NCBI GenBank assembly: GCA_963668315.1
Contig: OY764216.1
Span: 352,001-416,000 of the forward strand
Origin: Spirochaetia bacterium
Lineage (GTDB): Bacteria > Spirochaetota > Spirochaetia > DSM-2461
Direction of reading: 5' to 3'
Length of the DNA stretch: 64,000 bases
The notes below the pieces were generated by a model, which searched no databases, was not told the origin of the DNA, and saw nothing but the letters and a program-made list of their open reading frames with translations. A program made the position numbers and the translations under genes. This document shows, piece by piece, positions 35,089 to 46,449 of the stretch; position 1 is the first letter of the stretch; each line of letters starts with the position of its first letter.

Positions 35089-36621
35089 TTAACGGGCGTA
35101 TTCCACTACCCGTGTCTCTCTGATGATTGTCACCCGAATCTTACCGGGGTATTTCAGCTCATCTTCAATTTTCTTGGCGATATCCTTCGCCAATTCCTTG
35201 GCCCTGCTATCGTTGACCCTTTCGTTATCGACCATAATACGAAGTTCACGGCCTGCCTGTACGGCGAAGACCTTATCCACTCCCGTGAAGCTCATGGCAA
35301 TTTTCTCGAGATTTTCCAATCTCTTGATATAGTTATCCATAGTCTCACGGCGGGCACCGGGCCTGGCCGCCGAGATGGCATCGGCTACCTGAACGATAAC
35401 CGCTTCCACACTCTCGGGCTGAACATCGTTATGATGAGAAGCCACGGCATTGACAACAGCGGGAGATTCACCCATTCTGCGGCAAAGCTCGGCACCGACC
35501 TCGGCATGGTTTCCCTCACCGTCTGTCTCAAGCCCTTTACCAATGTCATGAAGCAATGCAGCTCTCTTGGCAATGGTAACATCGGCTCCGATTTCGGCAG
35601 CGATCATACCGGCCATAACGGCGACTTCCTTGGAGTGTGCCAGAACGTTCTGACCGTAACTCGTTCTGAAATGGAGACGCCCCAATCCCTGAATTCCATC
35701 GGGCTTCACATCGTGAATACCCAGATCAAAGAGAAGTTTCTCCCCCTCTTCAAAGATCGTCTGACCAATTTCTTTGGCTACCCTCTGAACAACTTCCTCG
35801 ATACGGGCCGGGTGAATCCGTCCGTCCGAAACAAGCCGCTCCAGAGCAATCTTGGCAATAACTTTTCTAATGGGATCAAAACAGGAAATAACAACTGCTT
35901 CCGGAGTATCATCGATAATGATATCAACTCCCGTCAGAGTTTCGAGTGTTCGGATATTCCGCCCTTCCCGTCCGATGATCCGCCCTTTCATTTCATCATT
36001 GGGCAGACTAACGGATGTAACGGTAATTTCGGAGCTGATGTCCGTAGCCAGCCTCTGAATAGTGGTGACCAGAACATCCCGGGCCTTTTTATCCGCCGAA
36101 AGCTGGGCTTCGGCTTCAATCTTATTAATAAGAGCCTGGGCATCATGCTTGGCGTCATTCTCAAGATTCGCTATGATTAATTTCTTAGCCTCTTCCTGAG
36201 TCAAGCCGGAAATGCGTTCCAATTCCGTTCTAAGCGTCAGTTCCTGATCCTTCAGTTCCTGCTGATTTCTTTCTAACTCTTTTTCATTTTCAGAAATTCG
36301 ATTCTGGGCTTTCTCGATCTCCTGAGCTTTCTGCTCCAGATTATCTTCTTTTTGCTGAACCCTTTTCTCAAACCGTTGAAGATCGGTGCGTCTATCCCTC
36401 AGTTCTTTATCGAACTGACGACGCTCTCTCATTATCTGGTCCTGAGCTTCAAGAAGAAGACTTTTCTTCTCCTGTTCCGCTTCCGTTACCGCATCCAGCT
36501 TCAGTCTGGCAGCTCTCTGCTCAGATGAAGACAGTTGATAGCGGGAATATATCCATCTAATTAACCAACCAATTGCAACACCGGCGAGGGAAAGGATTGT
36601 AGTCACTAATGCAGGCGACAT
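35089..36621 (-). CDS. rny: Ribonuclease Y
   Basis: N-terminal TM, coiled coil, KH 'KGRIIGREGRNIR', HD 'LLHDIGK', 'SAARPGAR'. Confidence 0.97.
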   Translation of the reverse strand: MSPALVTTILSLAGVAIGWLIRWIYSRYQLSSSEQRAARLKLDAVTEAEQEKKSLLLEAQDQIMRERRQFDKELRDRRTDLQRFEKRVQQKEDNLEQKAQEIEKAQNRISENEKELERNQQELKDQELTLRTELERISGLTQEEAKKLIIANLENDAKHDAQALINKIEAEAQLSADKKARDVLVTTIQRLATDISSEITVTSVSLPNDEMKGRIIGREGRNIRTLETLTGVDIIIDDTPEAVVISCFDPIRKVIAKIALERLVSDGRIHPARIEEVVQRVAKEIGQTIFEEGEKLLFDLGIHDVKPDGIQGLGRLHFRTSYGQNVLAHSKEVAVMAGMIAAEIGADVTIAKRAALLHDIGKGLETDGEGNHAEVGAELCRRMGESPAVVNAVASHHNDVQPESVEAVIVQVADAISAARPGARRETMDNYIKRLENLEKIAMSFTGVDKVFAVQAGRELRIMVDNERVNDSRAKELAKDIAKKIEDELKYPGKIRVTIIRETRVVEYAR

Positions 36622-36651
36622 ATTTTTCCCCTAATTTACGATATTACAACC

Positions 36652-36679
36652 ATTATATAGGTAATTCTACCTTTGTCAA
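36652..36679 (-). promoter_or_regulatory. Consensus sigma70 promoter TTGACA-16-TATAAT for rny operon
   Basis: Perfect hexamers 30 nt upstream of rny ATG; AGGGG RBS in the leader. Confidence 0.8.
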
Positions 36680-36729
36680 GAAAGATATTTTCACCCTGAC
36701 ATGCATGCTGAGCCGGGGTTAGAGGGAAT

Positions 36730-39252
36730 CTATGAGAGAAAAAGCAATTCGTTGGGATTGGAGCTTTTCTCTTTGAACCCAAGCATGAGATAAACCTTCT
36801 CTCCCCGGTATATCAATGGCATGAAAAGCAGGGAGTTAACATATTTAAAAGCAATCCAGTCCCAGTTCTGCCCCAGGAATGTACTCTTTTTCGCGCCGTC
36901 AATACCGACAATTTTTCTTTTATCCAGAATATCGGTACACAGTTCGGCTGATTTTTCGATAAGATAATCCTCGGGGTACCTGTTCATACCGATGGAGAGA
37001 ACCGCTTTATACCCCCCCTCTTCCCGGGCAATGATAACAGCACACTGGGCATCGATTTTACGGGAGTAATCAAGGAGAGCCTTATAAGCACCCCGTTCAT
37101 TATCCACATACCCCTTCCTATAGGCGTCAAAATCAAACCCGTCCTTAGCCAGGGGGATGGATTCCGTGCCGGTATCGGTAAAAAGGAAGCCGTCTTCTTC
37201 AAAACTGACATCGGGAAAGAGACCTTCAGACTTAACGGAAATGAGAGAATCCATACCAAAATCTTTGGCAGAAACAGTTTGACTGTCATCCCCGGGTCTA
37301 TCACTTTCAGATAGATTCTTATTACCCAGTTCAGTCATCACCTCTTCCAATGTAAAAAGATAATGGATAGAATCATTTTCATCATCAAGTTCTTCCAGCA
37401 CCTCAACCGATTCCATCTCTTCCAGATCGTCTTCAAAAGGTTCAAGATCACCTTCTACATCTTTAGCGGCCATTGCATTACTTCCTTCCCATGAAGGCAG
37501 CAGACCTTCGGTATAATCTTCCAGCTCTTCCAGATCCGCTTCTTTGTCAACTGCTTCAACCATGGGTAATTCTTCTAATTCCTTATTATCTACAGGCAAA
37601 TTATCAAGGGACAGCTCTTCTAAAACTTCCAGTTCCTCGACTTCATCCAGTTCCTCGGCTTCATCCAGTTCCTCGGCTTCATCCAGTTCCTCGGCTTCAT
37701 CCAGCTCTTCGACTTCATCCAGCTCTTCGACTTCATCCAGCTCTTCGACTTCATCCAGCTCTTCGACTTCATCCAGCTCTTCGACTTCATCCAGCTCTTC
37801 GACTTCATCCAGCTCTTCGACTTCCGTCGAAACCATATCCGTGTCGCCGTCATCATCAAGAGATTCCACCTGGACTGGTTTCATGCCTGCAAAAGGACTG
37901 TCGCTCTTACTAACGCCGGGAACCTCTTTCGTAGTTGTTGCTGCCGAAGAAACAGTATTTACCGGGAAGGAAATCTGAGCTGATTCCAGTGCTTTCCTGA
38001 TCAGTTTTTCCAATTCATCCGGATCAATAACTGCCTTAGTCTTTCTCTCCTCAGCCTGCTTATTGTGATAAACGGCCAGTATATCGATGATTTCCTGCCA
38101 GTTTTTATTCAGAAGCTTATCGATTTCGCTTTCATCACCCTTGAGTTTGATTGCTTTTTTAAATTCCCGGTAATACTCAATCTTTCGAGACTGTAATTCC
38201 CGATCCCAGGCATCCCATTCCAGAGATTCCCGACTCTCAAGCCAATTCCGCAGGAAGTTCAATTGAAACTTTTTCAATCGTTCATTCAGGATGACCAGAC
38301 TGTCCTGTCTGACATTTAACAGGAGCAGGAGAAATAGGAAAAGAGTGATAAATACCACTATAAAAAAAAGAAATCTTAACAGTTCGGGGATTTCAAAGGT
38401 CTTATCATCCAGAAGAATTCCCCAGCTGACCTCCCCCTTGTAAGTGATCAGACTGAAGCGGCCGTCACTTCCATCCTCTACCATGGGCACAACTAAGTCG
38501 GGAGATTCTTTCTGCCAATTCTCAACGACAATTTCCCTGACCTCTTCATATAATGCTTCCGGTACATCAAGAACAAAACCCTGAGACCCCATTATCCGGA
38601 TCGTACTGGGATCGGAAATAATACCTTCCGATATAAAATCGTCCTTAATCCCCTGAAGAGTAAAAGCAATCAGGGCTGTTCCTCTGAAAAGCCCGTAGTT
38701 ATCCATTGAGGGGAGGGAAAGGAAGAAACGGTTGCTTGCACCATCAAGATAAAAGATATCAGAAGATGTTAAGCTGTCTTCTCTTTCATAAAGTCCGATT
38801 TGTTCATGAAAATCTTCAAGATCTACCCAGTTTTTATATACAATTTTCTGATTGTTCCTCAACAATACATCATTATCGGATGTACTATAATGAACACGCT
38901 GACCATCGGTATCAATGATACGGAGAGATTCAAATCCCGGCAGATCCCTGTGAAGTTTTTGAATAAGCCTGTCCCGTTCGACAATATCCTTATCCAACTG
39001 TTCAAGATCAAAAACTTTTGTGAAAGCCCCTGACTCTACAAAAAGGGATAATCTTTCATGGAGGGATCTTTTGTATTCGGAAATGAGCTGGTCGGAATAG
39101 GCCAGGATGCCCGATTCACGATTTATGACAGACTGGCGGTAGAGACGAATTTCAAAACCCTTAAAAACACCGGCCCCGGAGAGGAAAAACAATCCGCCGG
39201 TCATTAATAGGGTGAGAAAAAAACTTAATGAAATTTTCGTCGTACTTCGCAT
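36730..39252 (-). CDS. Hypothetical membrane protein: TM-Cache-like-TM-coiled coil-acidic repeat-GAF-like
   Basis: Two TM around a ~270-aa periplasmic region, (EVEELD)n repeats, C-terminal alpha/beta domain; ATG 39252 chosen as start. Confidence 0.75.
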   Translation of the reverse strand: MRSTTKISLSFFLTLLMTGGLFFLSGAGVFKGFEIRLYRQSVINRESGILAYSDQLISEYKRSLHERLSLFVESGAFTKVFDLEQLDKDIVERDRLIQKLHRDLPGFESLRIIDTDGQRVHYSTSDNDVLLRNNQKIVYKNWVDLEDFHEQIGLYEREDSLTSSDIFYLDGASNRFFLSLPSMDNYGLFRGTALIAFTLQGIKDDFISEGIISDPSTIRIMGSQGFVLDVPEALYEEVREIVVENWQKESPDLVVPMVEDGSDGRFSLITYKGEVSWGILLDDKTFEIPELLRFLFFIVVFITLFLFLLLLLNVRQDSLVILNERLKKFQLNFLRNWLESRESLEWDAWDRELQSRKIEYYREFKKAIKLKGDESEIDKLLNKNWQEIIDILAVYHNKQAEERKTKAVIDPDELEKLIRKALESAQISFPVNTVSSAATTTKEVPGVSKSDSPFAGMKPVQVESLDDDGDTDMVSTEVEELDEVEELDEVEELDEVEELDEVEELDEVEELDEVEELDEAEELDEAEELDEAEELDEVEELEVLEELSLDNLPVDNKELEELPMVEAVDKEADLEELEDYTEGLLPSWEGSNAMAAKDVEGDLEPFEDDLEEMESVEVLEELDDENDSIHYLFTLEEVMTELGNKNLSESDRPGDDSQTVSAKDFGMDSLISVKSEGLFPDVSFEEDGFLFTDTGTESIPLAKDGFDFDAYRKGYVDNERGAYKALLDYSRKIDAQCAVIIAREEGGYKAVLSIGMNRYPEDYLIEKSAELCTDILDKRKIVGIDGAKKSTFLGQNWDWIAFKYVNSLLFMPLIYRGEKVYLMLGFKEKSSNPNELLFLS
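37627..37824. repeat. Coding tandem repeat, 11 x 18 bp (EVEELD/EAEELD)
   Basis: 7 x ATCCAGCTCTTCGACTTC (37699-37824), 3 x ATCCAGTTCCTCGGCTTC (37645-37698), 1 hybrid unit (37627-37644). Confidence 0.97.
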
Positions 39253-39275
39253 CGCTATCCTGTTAGCCAATATCC

Positions 39276-39307
39276 AAAAAAAATAGGAAGAACAATAGTC
39301 CTTCCTA
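39276..39307 (-). terminator. Intrinsic terminator ending the ribosomal protein supercluster
   Basis: TAGGAAGGAC-TATT-GTTCTTCCTA-T8 downstream of rplQ. Confidence 0.85.
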
Positions 39308-39384
39308 CTTATTATCGACAACTGATGCTCTGAAAGTTAGCACTAGTTTTCTCTTTAATTGTCTGAGGATTTTAACTCCTCAAT

Positions 39385-39873
39385 TTACTCATCCACCTTT
39401 TCTTCGGCGGGAGCTTCTGCAGGAGTTTCGGCCTTTTCTACAACCTTTTCCTCAGCAGCTTTGGGGGCAGCCTTTTTGGGGGCGGCCTTTTTGGCTTTCT
39501 TGGGCGCAGCTTTCATTTCTTCTTCTACAAGCTCAAGAATAACCATTTCCGCAGCATCACCTTTCCGGCTGCCGATTTTAAGGATTCTGGTGTATCCACC
39601 GGGTCTTTCCTTAAACTTGGGGGCGATTTCAACAAACAGTTTGTTGATAACGTCCTTTTCCTGAACGGTTTTTGCGACGATTCTTCTGTTATGTACAGAA
39701 TCAACCTTGGCGCGGGTAATCATTTTTTCCGCAGTTCTGCGAATCTCACGAGCCTTGGCTTTGGTTGTCTTAACTCTCTCATACTTAAGAAGAGAGGTAA
39801 CCATGTTTCTCTCAAGCGCTTTTCTATGGCTTGATTTACGGCCTAAACGGTTAAACCCGATTCTATTATGCAT
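39385..39873 (-). CDS. rplQ: 50S ribosomal protein L17 (with Lys/Ala/Glu-rich C-terminal tail)
   Basis: '[10 protein letters not shown]', '[10 protein letters not shown]', 'RKGDAAEM'. Confidence 0.97.
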   Translation of the reverse strand: MHNRIGFNRLGRKSSHRKALERNMVTSLLKYERVKTTKAKAREIRRTAEKMITRAKVDSVHNRRIVAKTVQEKDVINKLFVEIAPKFKERPGGYTRILKIGSRKGDAAEMVILELVEEEMKAAPKKAKKAAPKKAAPKAAEEKVVEKAETPAEAPAEEKVDE

Positions 39874-39874
39874 C

Positions 39875-40915
39875 TTACTCTTCCTTCTTCTTTTCCAATT
39901 TTATAGAATTCTTGAGAACGCTATAATCCACCATACCGAGACTCAGATTCCATTCCTTCAACCTTTCCTTGATCTCAGTAAGAGACTTCTTACCGAAATT
40001 CCTGGTTTTGGCAATTTCATCTTCGGTCTTTCTGGTAAGATCACCAATGGTTCTGATATTGGCGTTCTTCAGACAGTTGCTGGACCTAACTGAAAGTTCA
40101 AGTTCTTCTACAGGAGTATCAAGAAGCTGGCGGATTTTTTCTTCTTCCTCATCAACTTCTTCATCACCAATAACGCTGTCTTCATCAAAATTAATAAAAA
40201 CCGTAAAGTGGTCCTTGGCAATCTTTGATGCTTCAGCAAGGGCATTTTCGGGAGAGATAGATCCATCAGTCCATACTTCAAGTATAAGCTTGTCGTAATC
40301 CGATCTCTGTCCGACACGGGTATTCTCAACGGTATACTTCACTTTCGTAATGGGAGAATAAATGGAATCGACGGGAATCGTTCCAATTGTCTCTATATAC
40401 TTCTCATGCAGCTCCGCGGGAACATAACCCCGTCCCAGGTCAATCTGAACTTCCATATCTAAATTTGCCCCATCCATAAGGGTACAAATATGATGGTCGC
40501 CATTAATAACCTCAACGCCATTTTTCTCAAAATCGGCGCCGGTTACTTTCTTCTGCCCCTTGCATTCAATGTTAATCGTCATCTCTTCAACATCTTCGGG
40601 AAGATTCAGTTTAAGAGATTTGAGGTTGCTGATAATCTCAGGGGTATCCTCTACGCAGTGAGGAATAGGTTCGAACTCGTTGGAAACAACATGGGACGAA
40701 CCATCCTCGGCGTATGCAGTAACACGAATAGCTGATATGGCATATCCTTGAATAGAAGAAAGGAGAACACGCCTTAAGGTATTACCTACAGTATTACCAT
40801 ATCCTCTTTCAAAAGGATAAGCGGTGAACTTTCCATAGGAAGTATCCTCTTCCTTGTGTTCAAAGGTAATTCCTTTAGGTCTCTTAAAACCTTTGAGGAG
40901 ATTTTTTCGTGCCAT
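39875..40915 (-). CDS. rpoA: RNA polymerase alpha subunit
   Basis: '[19 protein letters not shown]', alpha-CTD '[11 protein letters not shown]', 'NFGKKSL'. Confidence 0.98.
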   Translation of the reverse strand: MARKNLLKGFKRPKGITFEHKEEDTSYGKFTAYPFERGYGNTVGNTLRRVLLSSIQGYAISAIRVTAYAEDGSSHVVSNEFEPIPHCVEDTPEIISNLKSLKLNLPEDVEEMTINIECKGQKKVTGADFEKNGVEVINGDHHICTLMDGANLDMEVQIDLGRGYVPAELHEKYIETIGTIPVDSIYSPITKVKYTVENTRVGQRSDYDKLILEVWTDGSISPENALAEASKIAKDHFTVFINFDEDSVIGDEEVDEEEEKIRQLLDTPVEELELSVRSSNCLKNANIRTIGDLTRKTEDEIAKTRNFGKKSLTEIKERLKEWNLSLGMVDYSVLKNSIKLEKKKEE

Positions 40916-40935
40916 TTTGACTCCTTTAACCTAGA

Positions 40936-41316
40936 TTAAACTCTTCTACTCTTCTTAGGACGACAACCATTATGGGGAATCGGAGTAATATCCTTTATGC
41001 TTTTTACCTGCAACCCCATGGCTCCCAAGGAGCGGATGGCAGATTCGCGTCCCATACCGGGACCCTTAACAAACACGTTTACTTCCTTAAGACCGTAATC
41101 CCGTGCTCTGCTCGTAGCGGTTTCGGCAGTGGTCTGCGCCGCATAGGGAGTAGATTTCTTAGCTCCCTTGAAGCCGAGAGAACCGGCACTACTCCAGGAA
41201 ATAGTATTTCCCTTAAGATCGGTAACGGTTACGATCGTATTATTGAAAGTAGCCTGAATGTATACATTACCTTCAAATACCGTCTTTTTCTCTTTCTTTT
41301 TCTTCGCTTTAGCCAA
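40936..41316 (-). CDS. rpsK: 30S ribosomal protein S11
   Basis: 'ATFNNTIV', 'KKSTPYAAQ', 'PIPHNGCRP'. Confidence 0.98.
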   Translation of the reverse strand: MAKAKKKKEKKTVFEGNVYIQATFNNTIVTVTDLKGNTISWSSAGSLGFKGAKKSTPYAAQTTAETATSRARDYGLKEVNVFVKGPGMGRESAIRSLGAMGLQVKSIKDITPIPHNGCRPKKSRRV

Positions 41317-41334
41317 CTCTATTTCCTCCGCTCA

Positions 41335-41700
41335 CTACTTCTTCTTTTTAGCTACGGTTTTGGCCTTACCCTTACGAGTACGGGCATTGGTCTTGGTTCT
41401 CTGACCACGAACGGGGAGACCTCTTCTATGCCTGAGGCCCCGGTAACAACCGATGTCCATCAACCGTTTGATGTTAAGGGCCGTTTCAGATCTGAGACGT
41501 CCTTCAACTTTGTATTCATTTTCAATGACCTGTCTTAACTCATTTACTTCTTCCAGGCTAAGATCATCCATTCTTTTCAGGGGATCTACACCGGTTTTAT
41601 CGCAAATTTCTCTGGCCGATGTTCTACCGATCCCGAAAATGTATGTTAATGCGATTTCTGCATGTTTGTTAGGTAGGTCAATACCAGCAATACGAGCCAC
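41335..41700 (-). CDS. rpsM: 30S ribosomal protein S13
   Basis: 'ARIAGIDLP', '[18 protein letters not shown]'. Confidence 0.98.
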   Translation of the reverse strand: MARIAGIDLPNKHAEIALTYIFGIGRTSAREICDKTGVDPLKRMDDLSLEEVNELRQVIENEYKVEGRLRSETALNIKRLMDIGCYRGLRHRRGLPVRGQRTKTNARTRKGKAKTVAKKKK

Positions 41701-41710
41701 TTATAGCCTC

Positions 41711-41824
41711 CTACTTCTGTCTCTGTTTATGTTTGGGATTCTGGCAGACGATTCTTAGAACGCCTTTCCTTCTAATTACTTTACATTTGTCACAAATGGG
41801 TTTTACACTTGCTCTAACCTTCAT
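41711..41824 (-). CDS. rpmJ: 50S ribosomal protein L36 (Zn-binding type; below ORF-track cutoff)
   Basis: Hand translation [44 protein letters not shown]. Confidence 0.97.
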   Translation of the reverse strand: MKVRASVKPICDKCKVIRRKGVLRIVCQNPKHKQRQK

Positions 41825-41847
41825 ATTATACCTCTTTTTACTCCGTA

Positions 41848-43179
41848 TCACAGATTTCTGGATTTGAGTTTTCCTCCCTTAACAAGCCCATCATGATGAT
41901 GCATCTTTAAATGCCCTTCAATCTGCGACATGGTATCAAGATCAACTCCCACAAGGATAAGCAGTGAAGTACCGCCCATCAGATAGGAAATCGACGTGGG
42001 AAAATTGAATACCAAAACCACGAGCGAAGGAATAAGCGCGATGAGTGCAAGGAAGAGAGAACCGGGCAATACAATCCGGTTCAGTATTTTGGTCAAGTAC
42101 GCTTCCATATTCTCGGAACGGATTCCGGGAATAGAACCACCGTTTTCTCTGATCTGTCTGGCAATTTCTATGGGGTTCAGTGATACCTGAGTATAGAAAT
42201 AGGCGAAGAAGACAATCAAGAGAGTATATGTTATAAGATACGCCGGACCACGAGGTCGGAGAAAACTTGCAAATGCAGCCCAACCGGAATGGGAAGGACC
42301 AAGCATGGATGCTACCGTCAAAGGCAAAGTCAAGATGGAAGAGGCGAAGATAACCGGAATAACTCCGGAAGGATTGATCTTCAGGGGTATATAGGCATTC
42401 TGAGCTCCATACACTTTTCTTCCCACAATACGCTTTGCATAGTGAACGGGAATCTTCCGCTGTCCCTGCTGTTCATAAATTACCATAATGACAACGCCGA
42501 CAAACATCATGAAAGCGAAGATTACGAATACAGGGTTGATGTTCCCCATTCCAATCTCGCTCACAAGCTGCGCTACGGCTCCAGGCATTCTGGCAACAAT
42601 ACCGGTAAAAATAACAAGGGATATACCATTTCCAACACCCTTCTCATTTATCTGTTCTCCGATCCACATGAGAAACAAAGTTCCCACGGTTACTGTTAAT
42701 ATGGCGACTGCATTAAACTTCCAGCCGATAAGGCCGGGGTTAATTATGTCTGGAATCGTTCGTGCGTACTGAGTTACGGTAAAAGACTGAACCAAACAAA
42801 CGACGACCGTACCATATCTGATATATTTCTGAATCTTTTTTCTTCCTCCGTCTCCCTCTGATACTCTTTTAAGAGCAGGGAAAACGAGAAGAAGAAGCTG
42901 CATGATAATAGACATAGAAATATATGGCATAATACCAAGCATAAATACAGAAAAGTTCTTAAAAGCTCCACCAGCAAAGAAGTCGAGATAATCGGTTAAA
43001 CCGAGTCCTCCGCTCTGACCGGTCTGAGTAAGAAAATAAGAGTTCAGGGCCTGTACATCAATACCGGGAATCGGCAGGACCGCACCGATCCTGAAGACTA
43101 AAAGCATCCCGAGGGTGAAAAGCACCCGTTTTCTCAGTTCCTTTACTCTAAATATTCTAGCAAGAGCATTATCAGCCAT
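41848..43179 (-). CDS. secY: Preprotein translocase SecY
   Basis: 10 TM; 'LGIMPYI', 'GVGNGISL', '[10 protein letters not shown]', 'IPGIR', 'GGTSLLI'. Confidence 0.98.
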   Translation of the reverse strand: MADNALARIFRVKELRKRVLFTLGMLLVFRIGAVLPIPGIDVQALNSYFLTQTGQSGGLGLTDYLDFFAGGAFKNFSVFMLGIMPYISMSIIMQLLLLVFPALKRVSEGDGGRKKIQKYIRYGTVVVCLVQSFTVTQYARTIPDIINPGLIGWKFNAVAILTVTVGTLFLMWIGEQINEKGVGNGISLVIFTGIVARMPGAVAQLVSEIGMGNINPVFVIFAFMMFVGVVIMVIYEQQGQRKIPVHYAKRIVGRKVYGAQNAYIPLKINPSGVIPVIFASSILTLPLTVASMLGPSHSGWAAFASFLRPRGPAYLITYTLLIVFFAYFYTQVSLNPIEIARQIRENGGSIPGIRSENMEAYLTKILNRIVLPGSLFLALIALIPSLVVLVFNFPTSISYLMGGTSLLILVGVDLDTMSQIEGHLKMHHHDGLVKGGKLKSRNL

Positions 43180-43194
43180 ACAAACCTATCCCGA

Positions 43195-43644
43195 TTAATT
43201 TTTTTCTGCAACGGATCCGCCGGCTTTGACAATTTTGTCCTTTGCCGTTGCGGATACATTCGTTAATTCTACCTCAAGTTTCTTCTTGATGTCACCATTG
43301 CCAAGTATTTTTACGTTTGTTTCACTTTTTTTGATCAAACCCTTAGCAACAAGTGTCTCCAAGTTTACCTTTTCACCATCTTCAAAGAATTTTTCCAGAA
43401 GATCCAGGTTAACAGGAACAGCCGTTTTTTTGAAGGGATAATTGGAAAATCCCCGGGCAGCAACACGGCGGAACAGAGGCATCTGTCCACCTTCAAAACC
43501 GATGGATACACCACCACCGGAACGTGCTTTCTGTCCCTTATGGCCTTTACCGGATGTTTTACCATGACCGGAACCGTGACCACGGCCAACCTTTTTTTTA
43601 TTTTTGTTAGCTCCCTCAGGAGCCTTAAGCTTCATATCACTCAT
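43195..43644 (-). CDS. rplO: 50S ribosomal protein L15
   Basis: 'GRG.GSG.GKT', 'FEGGQMPL'. Confidence 0.97.
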   Translation of the reverse strand: MSDMKLKAPEGANKNKKKVGRGHGSGHGKTSGKGHKGQKARSGGGVSIGFEGGQMPLFRRVAARGFSNYPFKKTAVPVNLDLLEKFFEDGEKVNLETLVAKGLIKKSETNVKILGNGDIKKKLEVELTNVSATAKDKIVKAGGSVAEKN

Positions 43645-43841
43645 TATTTGATCTCCTCAACCTCAACAAGATGAGAAATGGAATTAACCATCCCCATAAT
43701 TGCGGGAGTAGCATCTTTTTCAACAACAGAGTTCATCTTACCAAGTCCCAGAGCTTTGGCTGTCGCCCTCTGCTCGGGTTTGCGGCCGATAGTACTCCGT
43801 ACGAGCTTCACACGGATTTTACCTTCATTCTTCTTAGCCAT
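43644..43841 (-). CDS. rpmD: 50S ribosomal protein L30
   Basis: 'LVRSTIG', 'ALGL', position between rpsE and rplO. Confidence 0.95.
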   Translation of the reverse strand: MAKKNEGKIRVKLVRSTIGRKPEQRATAKALGLGKMNSVVEKDATPAIMGMVNSISHLVEVEEIK

Positions 43842-43843
43842 AA

Positions 43844-44347
43844 TTAACCCCAGAATTCCTCAAGATTCTTTCCGCGGCCTTCGGCTACCTTTTTGGCGTC
43901 AAAGATATTCTCCAGTCCGTTAAAAACACCCTTAACAATGTTCATGGTGTTCTTGGAACCGAGAGATTTGGAAAGAACGTCATGGATGCCGGCAGCTTCC
44001 ATAACGGCACGAACGGGTCCACCGGCAATAATTCCGGTACCGGGAGCCGCAGGTTTAAGAAGAACGGAAGCACTTTTGTAATTACCCAGGATATCGTGGG
44101 GAATTGTAGTACTCTTAATGGGTACTGTGATCATGTTCTTCTTTGCTTTTTCAACACTTTTGCGAATTGCTTCAGTTACGTCGTTAGCTTTTCCGAAACC
44201 GTATCCGACACGGCCTTTACCGTCTCCGACAACCATGAGCGCAGAAAATGACATTTTACGACCACCCTTAATAGCTTTTGAAACTCTATTAAGCCTGATC
44301 AGCTTTTCTACAAACTCTTTTTCTTCGTTTCTGTCTTTATATGCCAT
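43844..44347 (-). CDS. rpsE: 30S ribosomal protein S5
   Basis: 'KGGR..SFSAL.VVGD', '[12 protein letters not shown]'. Confidence 0.98.
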   Translation of the reverse strand: MAYKDRNEEKEFVEKLIRLNRVSKAIKGGRKMSFSALMVVGDGKGRVGYGFGKANDVTEAIRKSVEKAKKNMITVPIKSTTIPHDILGNYKSASVLLKPAAPGTGIIAGGPVRAVMEAAGIHDVLSKSLGSKNTMNIVKGVFNGLENIFDAKKVAEGRGKNLEEFWG

Positions 44348-44358
44348 TACCTGTCCTC

Positions 44359-44718
44359 TTAAAACTCAATTCCGGCTTTTCTGGCACCGTCGGCAATAGC
44401 TTTGACAACGCCGTGATAAAGATAACCGTTACGGTCAAAAACAACAGTCCCGATTTTAGCTTCCTTCATGCGTTCGCCAATTACCTGACCCAGTTTTTCA
44501 CCACCGGAAATATTAGGCTTAATGTCGGCCATATCCTTTTCAAGGGAAGAAGCGGAAACAAGGGTTCTTCCAGCAACATCATCAATTACCTGGACACTGA
44601 TGTTCTTATTGCTTTTAAAAACGCTCATCCGGGGCCTTTCAGCTGTACCGGTAATCCGTTTCCGGACATGTTTCTTTCTCTGAAGCCGCTTTATGCTTTT
44701 TTCTTTAATCTTATCCAT
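44359..44718 (-). CDS. rplR: 50S ribosomal protein L18
   Basis: 'GTAERPR', '[11 protein letters not shown]'. Confidence 0.97.
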   Translation of the reverse strand: MDKIKEKSIKRLQRKKHVRKRITGTAERPRMSVFKSNKNISVQVIDDVAGRTLVSASSLEKDMADIKPNISGGEKLGQVIGERMKEAKIGTVVFDRNGYLYHGVVKAIADGARKAGIEF

Positions 44719-44731
44719 AATACACCACTAC

Positions 44732-45271
44732 CTACTTAGATCCGGATTTACCGACTTTCCGTCTGATGTTCTCGTCTTCATACTTGATTCCCTTGCCTTT
44801 GTAAGGTTCGGGGGGTCTGAGACTCCGGATTTCGGAAGCAACCTGACCAACAATGGCCTTATCGATACCGGAAACAACAACTTTGTTGGTTCCATCGATG
44901 GCTACGGCAGCACCTTCGGGTATAACATACTCTATTTGAGTAGAATAACCAAGGCTGAGGAGAAGGTTTTTTCCCGTCATCTCTGCTCTGTAACCTACAC
45001 CGTTGATTATAAGGGCTTTTTCAAAACCCTTGGAAACACCGGTAACCATGTTATCGAGAAGCTTTCTGTAAAGACCATGCATGGATTTTGCCGCTTTGGA
45101 ATCGTCCACTCTGGATACTACAACTTCTTTTTCCTGAATATCAAAGGAAACTTCGGAATGAAACTTCTGTGTAAGCTCACCCTTAGCTCCCTTAACGGTA
45201 AGGATATCATCCTTAACCGAAATACTTACACCGGAGGGAATACCTACCGGTTGATTGCCTATTCGTGACAT
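44732..45271 (-). CDS. rplF: 50S ribosomal protein L6
   Basis: 'MSRIG', 'GVGYRA', 'PEPYKGKGI'. Confidence 0.98.
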   Translation of the reverse strand: MSRIGNQPVGIPSGVSISVKDDILTVKGAKGELTQKFHSEVSFDIQEKEVVVSRVDDSKAAKSMHGLYRKLLDNMVTGVSKGFEKALIINGVGYRAEMTGKNLLLSLGYSTQIEYVIPEGAAVAIDGTNKVVVSGIDKAIVGQVASEIRSLRPPEPYKGKGIKYEDENIRRKVGKSGSK

Positions 45272-45283
45272 ACCATACTCCCC

Positions 45284-45688
45284 TTACCAAACAGTACAGA
45301 GAATTTCGCCGCCGACCTTGTTCTGAACAGCCTTCTTACCGGTGGTGACACCGATGGAAGTAGATACGATAACCGTACCGTAACCGTTGAAAACCCGGGG
45401 GATCTTCTTGTATCCGGTATAAACCCGCCGACCGGGGGTTGATACAGACTTGAGACCATTAATGATGGGATTGGAGTTCTCATCATACTTCATGATCACA
45501 CGGATATAGCTCTTGCCAGTATCCTTATCTGTAATCTTCTTAAAATTCTTTATATACCCTTCATTCTTCAGGATCTTGATAACTTCCAGCTTGAGTTTGG
45601 AAGGCATGATATCTGCCTTTTCCAATTTGGCTCTACTGGCATTCCTGATTTTAGTAAGCATATCTGCTACGGGATCGGAAACACTCAT
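45284..45688 (-). CDS. rpsH: 30S ribosomal protein S8
   Basis: '[11 protein letters not shown]', 'S.PGRRVY', 'GGEILC'. Confidence 0.98.
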   Translation of the reverse strand: MSVSDPVADMLTKIRNASRAKLEKADIMPSKLKLEVIKILKNEGYIKNFKKITDKDTGKSYIRVIMKYDENSNPIINGLKSVSTPGRRVYTGYKKIPRVFNGYGTVIVSTSIGVTTGKKAVQNKVGGEILCTVW

Positions 45689-45697
45689 TTCACACTC

Positions 45698-45883
45698 CTA
45701 CCAGCTGGATTTAGTTACACCGGGAATCATCCCGTCATTGGCCAATTTTCTAAAACAGATCCTGCACATATCAAATTTTCTCATATATCCACGAGGTCTG
45801 CCGCATATCTTACAACGTCTAACTACCCTGGTTTTATATTTAGGCTCTCTCTCAGCCTTGATTATCAGCGATTTCTTTGCCAT
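45698..45883 (-). CDS. rpsN: 30S ribosomal protein S14, Zn-ribbon (type Z)
   Basis: 'RCKICGR..CRICFR', 61 aa. Confidence 0.97.
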   Translation of the reverse strand: MAKKSLIIKAEREPKYKTRVVRRCKICGRPRGYMRKFDMCRICFRKLANDGMIPGVTKSSW

Positions 45884-45894
45884 CTACAAACTCC

Positions 45895-46449
45895 CTATTT
45901 TCTAAAAGGCATTCCAAACTTCTTAAGAAGTTCTCTTGCCTCATCATCAGATTTTGCCGAAGTTACAATGGCTACATTCAGACCGGAAACCCTTTCGATC
46001 TTATCGTAGTCAATCTCAGGAAAAATGATTTGTTCCTCAATTCCCAGAGAATAGTTACCACGTCCGTCAAAAGCCTTGGGGTTTACACCCCTGAAGTCCT
46101 TAACACGGGGAAGGGAAATGCTTACAAGACGATCAAGAAACTCATACATCATGTCGCCGCGGAGAGTAACCTTGGTTCCGATCTCCTGGCCTTCACGAAT
46201 CTTGAAAGTAGCAATAGACTTTCTGGCTTTAGTCTTAATCGGTTTCTGTCCGGTGATAAGACCAATTTCTTCAACTGCCGCATCAAGAAGTTTCTTGTTG
46301 GCTACAGCTTCACCCACGCCCATGCTAACTACAATCTTTTCCAGTTTGGGAATCTGCATTGTAGATTTATATTTAAACTCACTGTTCATTTCTGCAGCAA
46401 GCTTCTCTTTGTAGAGCTTCTTCAGTCTGGGTATATTGTTCTTAGCCAT
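45895..46449 (-). CDS. rplE: 50S ribosomal protein L5
   Basis: 'ITGQKP', 'LPRVKDFRG', 'QIIFPEI'; TAATG overlap with rplX. Confidence 0.98.
   Translation of the reverse strand: MAKNNIPRLKKLYKEKLAAEMNSEFKYKSTMQIPKLEKIVVSMGVGEAVANKKLLDAAVEEIGLITGQKPIKTKARKSIATFKIREGQEIGTKVTLRGDMMYEFLDRLVSISLPRVKDFRGVNPKAFDGRGNYSLGIEEQIIFPEIDYDKIERVSGLNVAIVTSAKSDDEARELLKKFGMPFRK

Noticed and set aside
36622..36729. 6S RNA upstream of rny
   Set aside because: The spacer is only 108 bp and is largely occupied by the rny promoter and leader.
37473..37978. Repetitive ORFs (PALRLH)n, poly-Ser and (MKSKSW)n
   Set aside because: Alternative-frame readings of the 18-bp VNTR inside the 36730-39252 gene.
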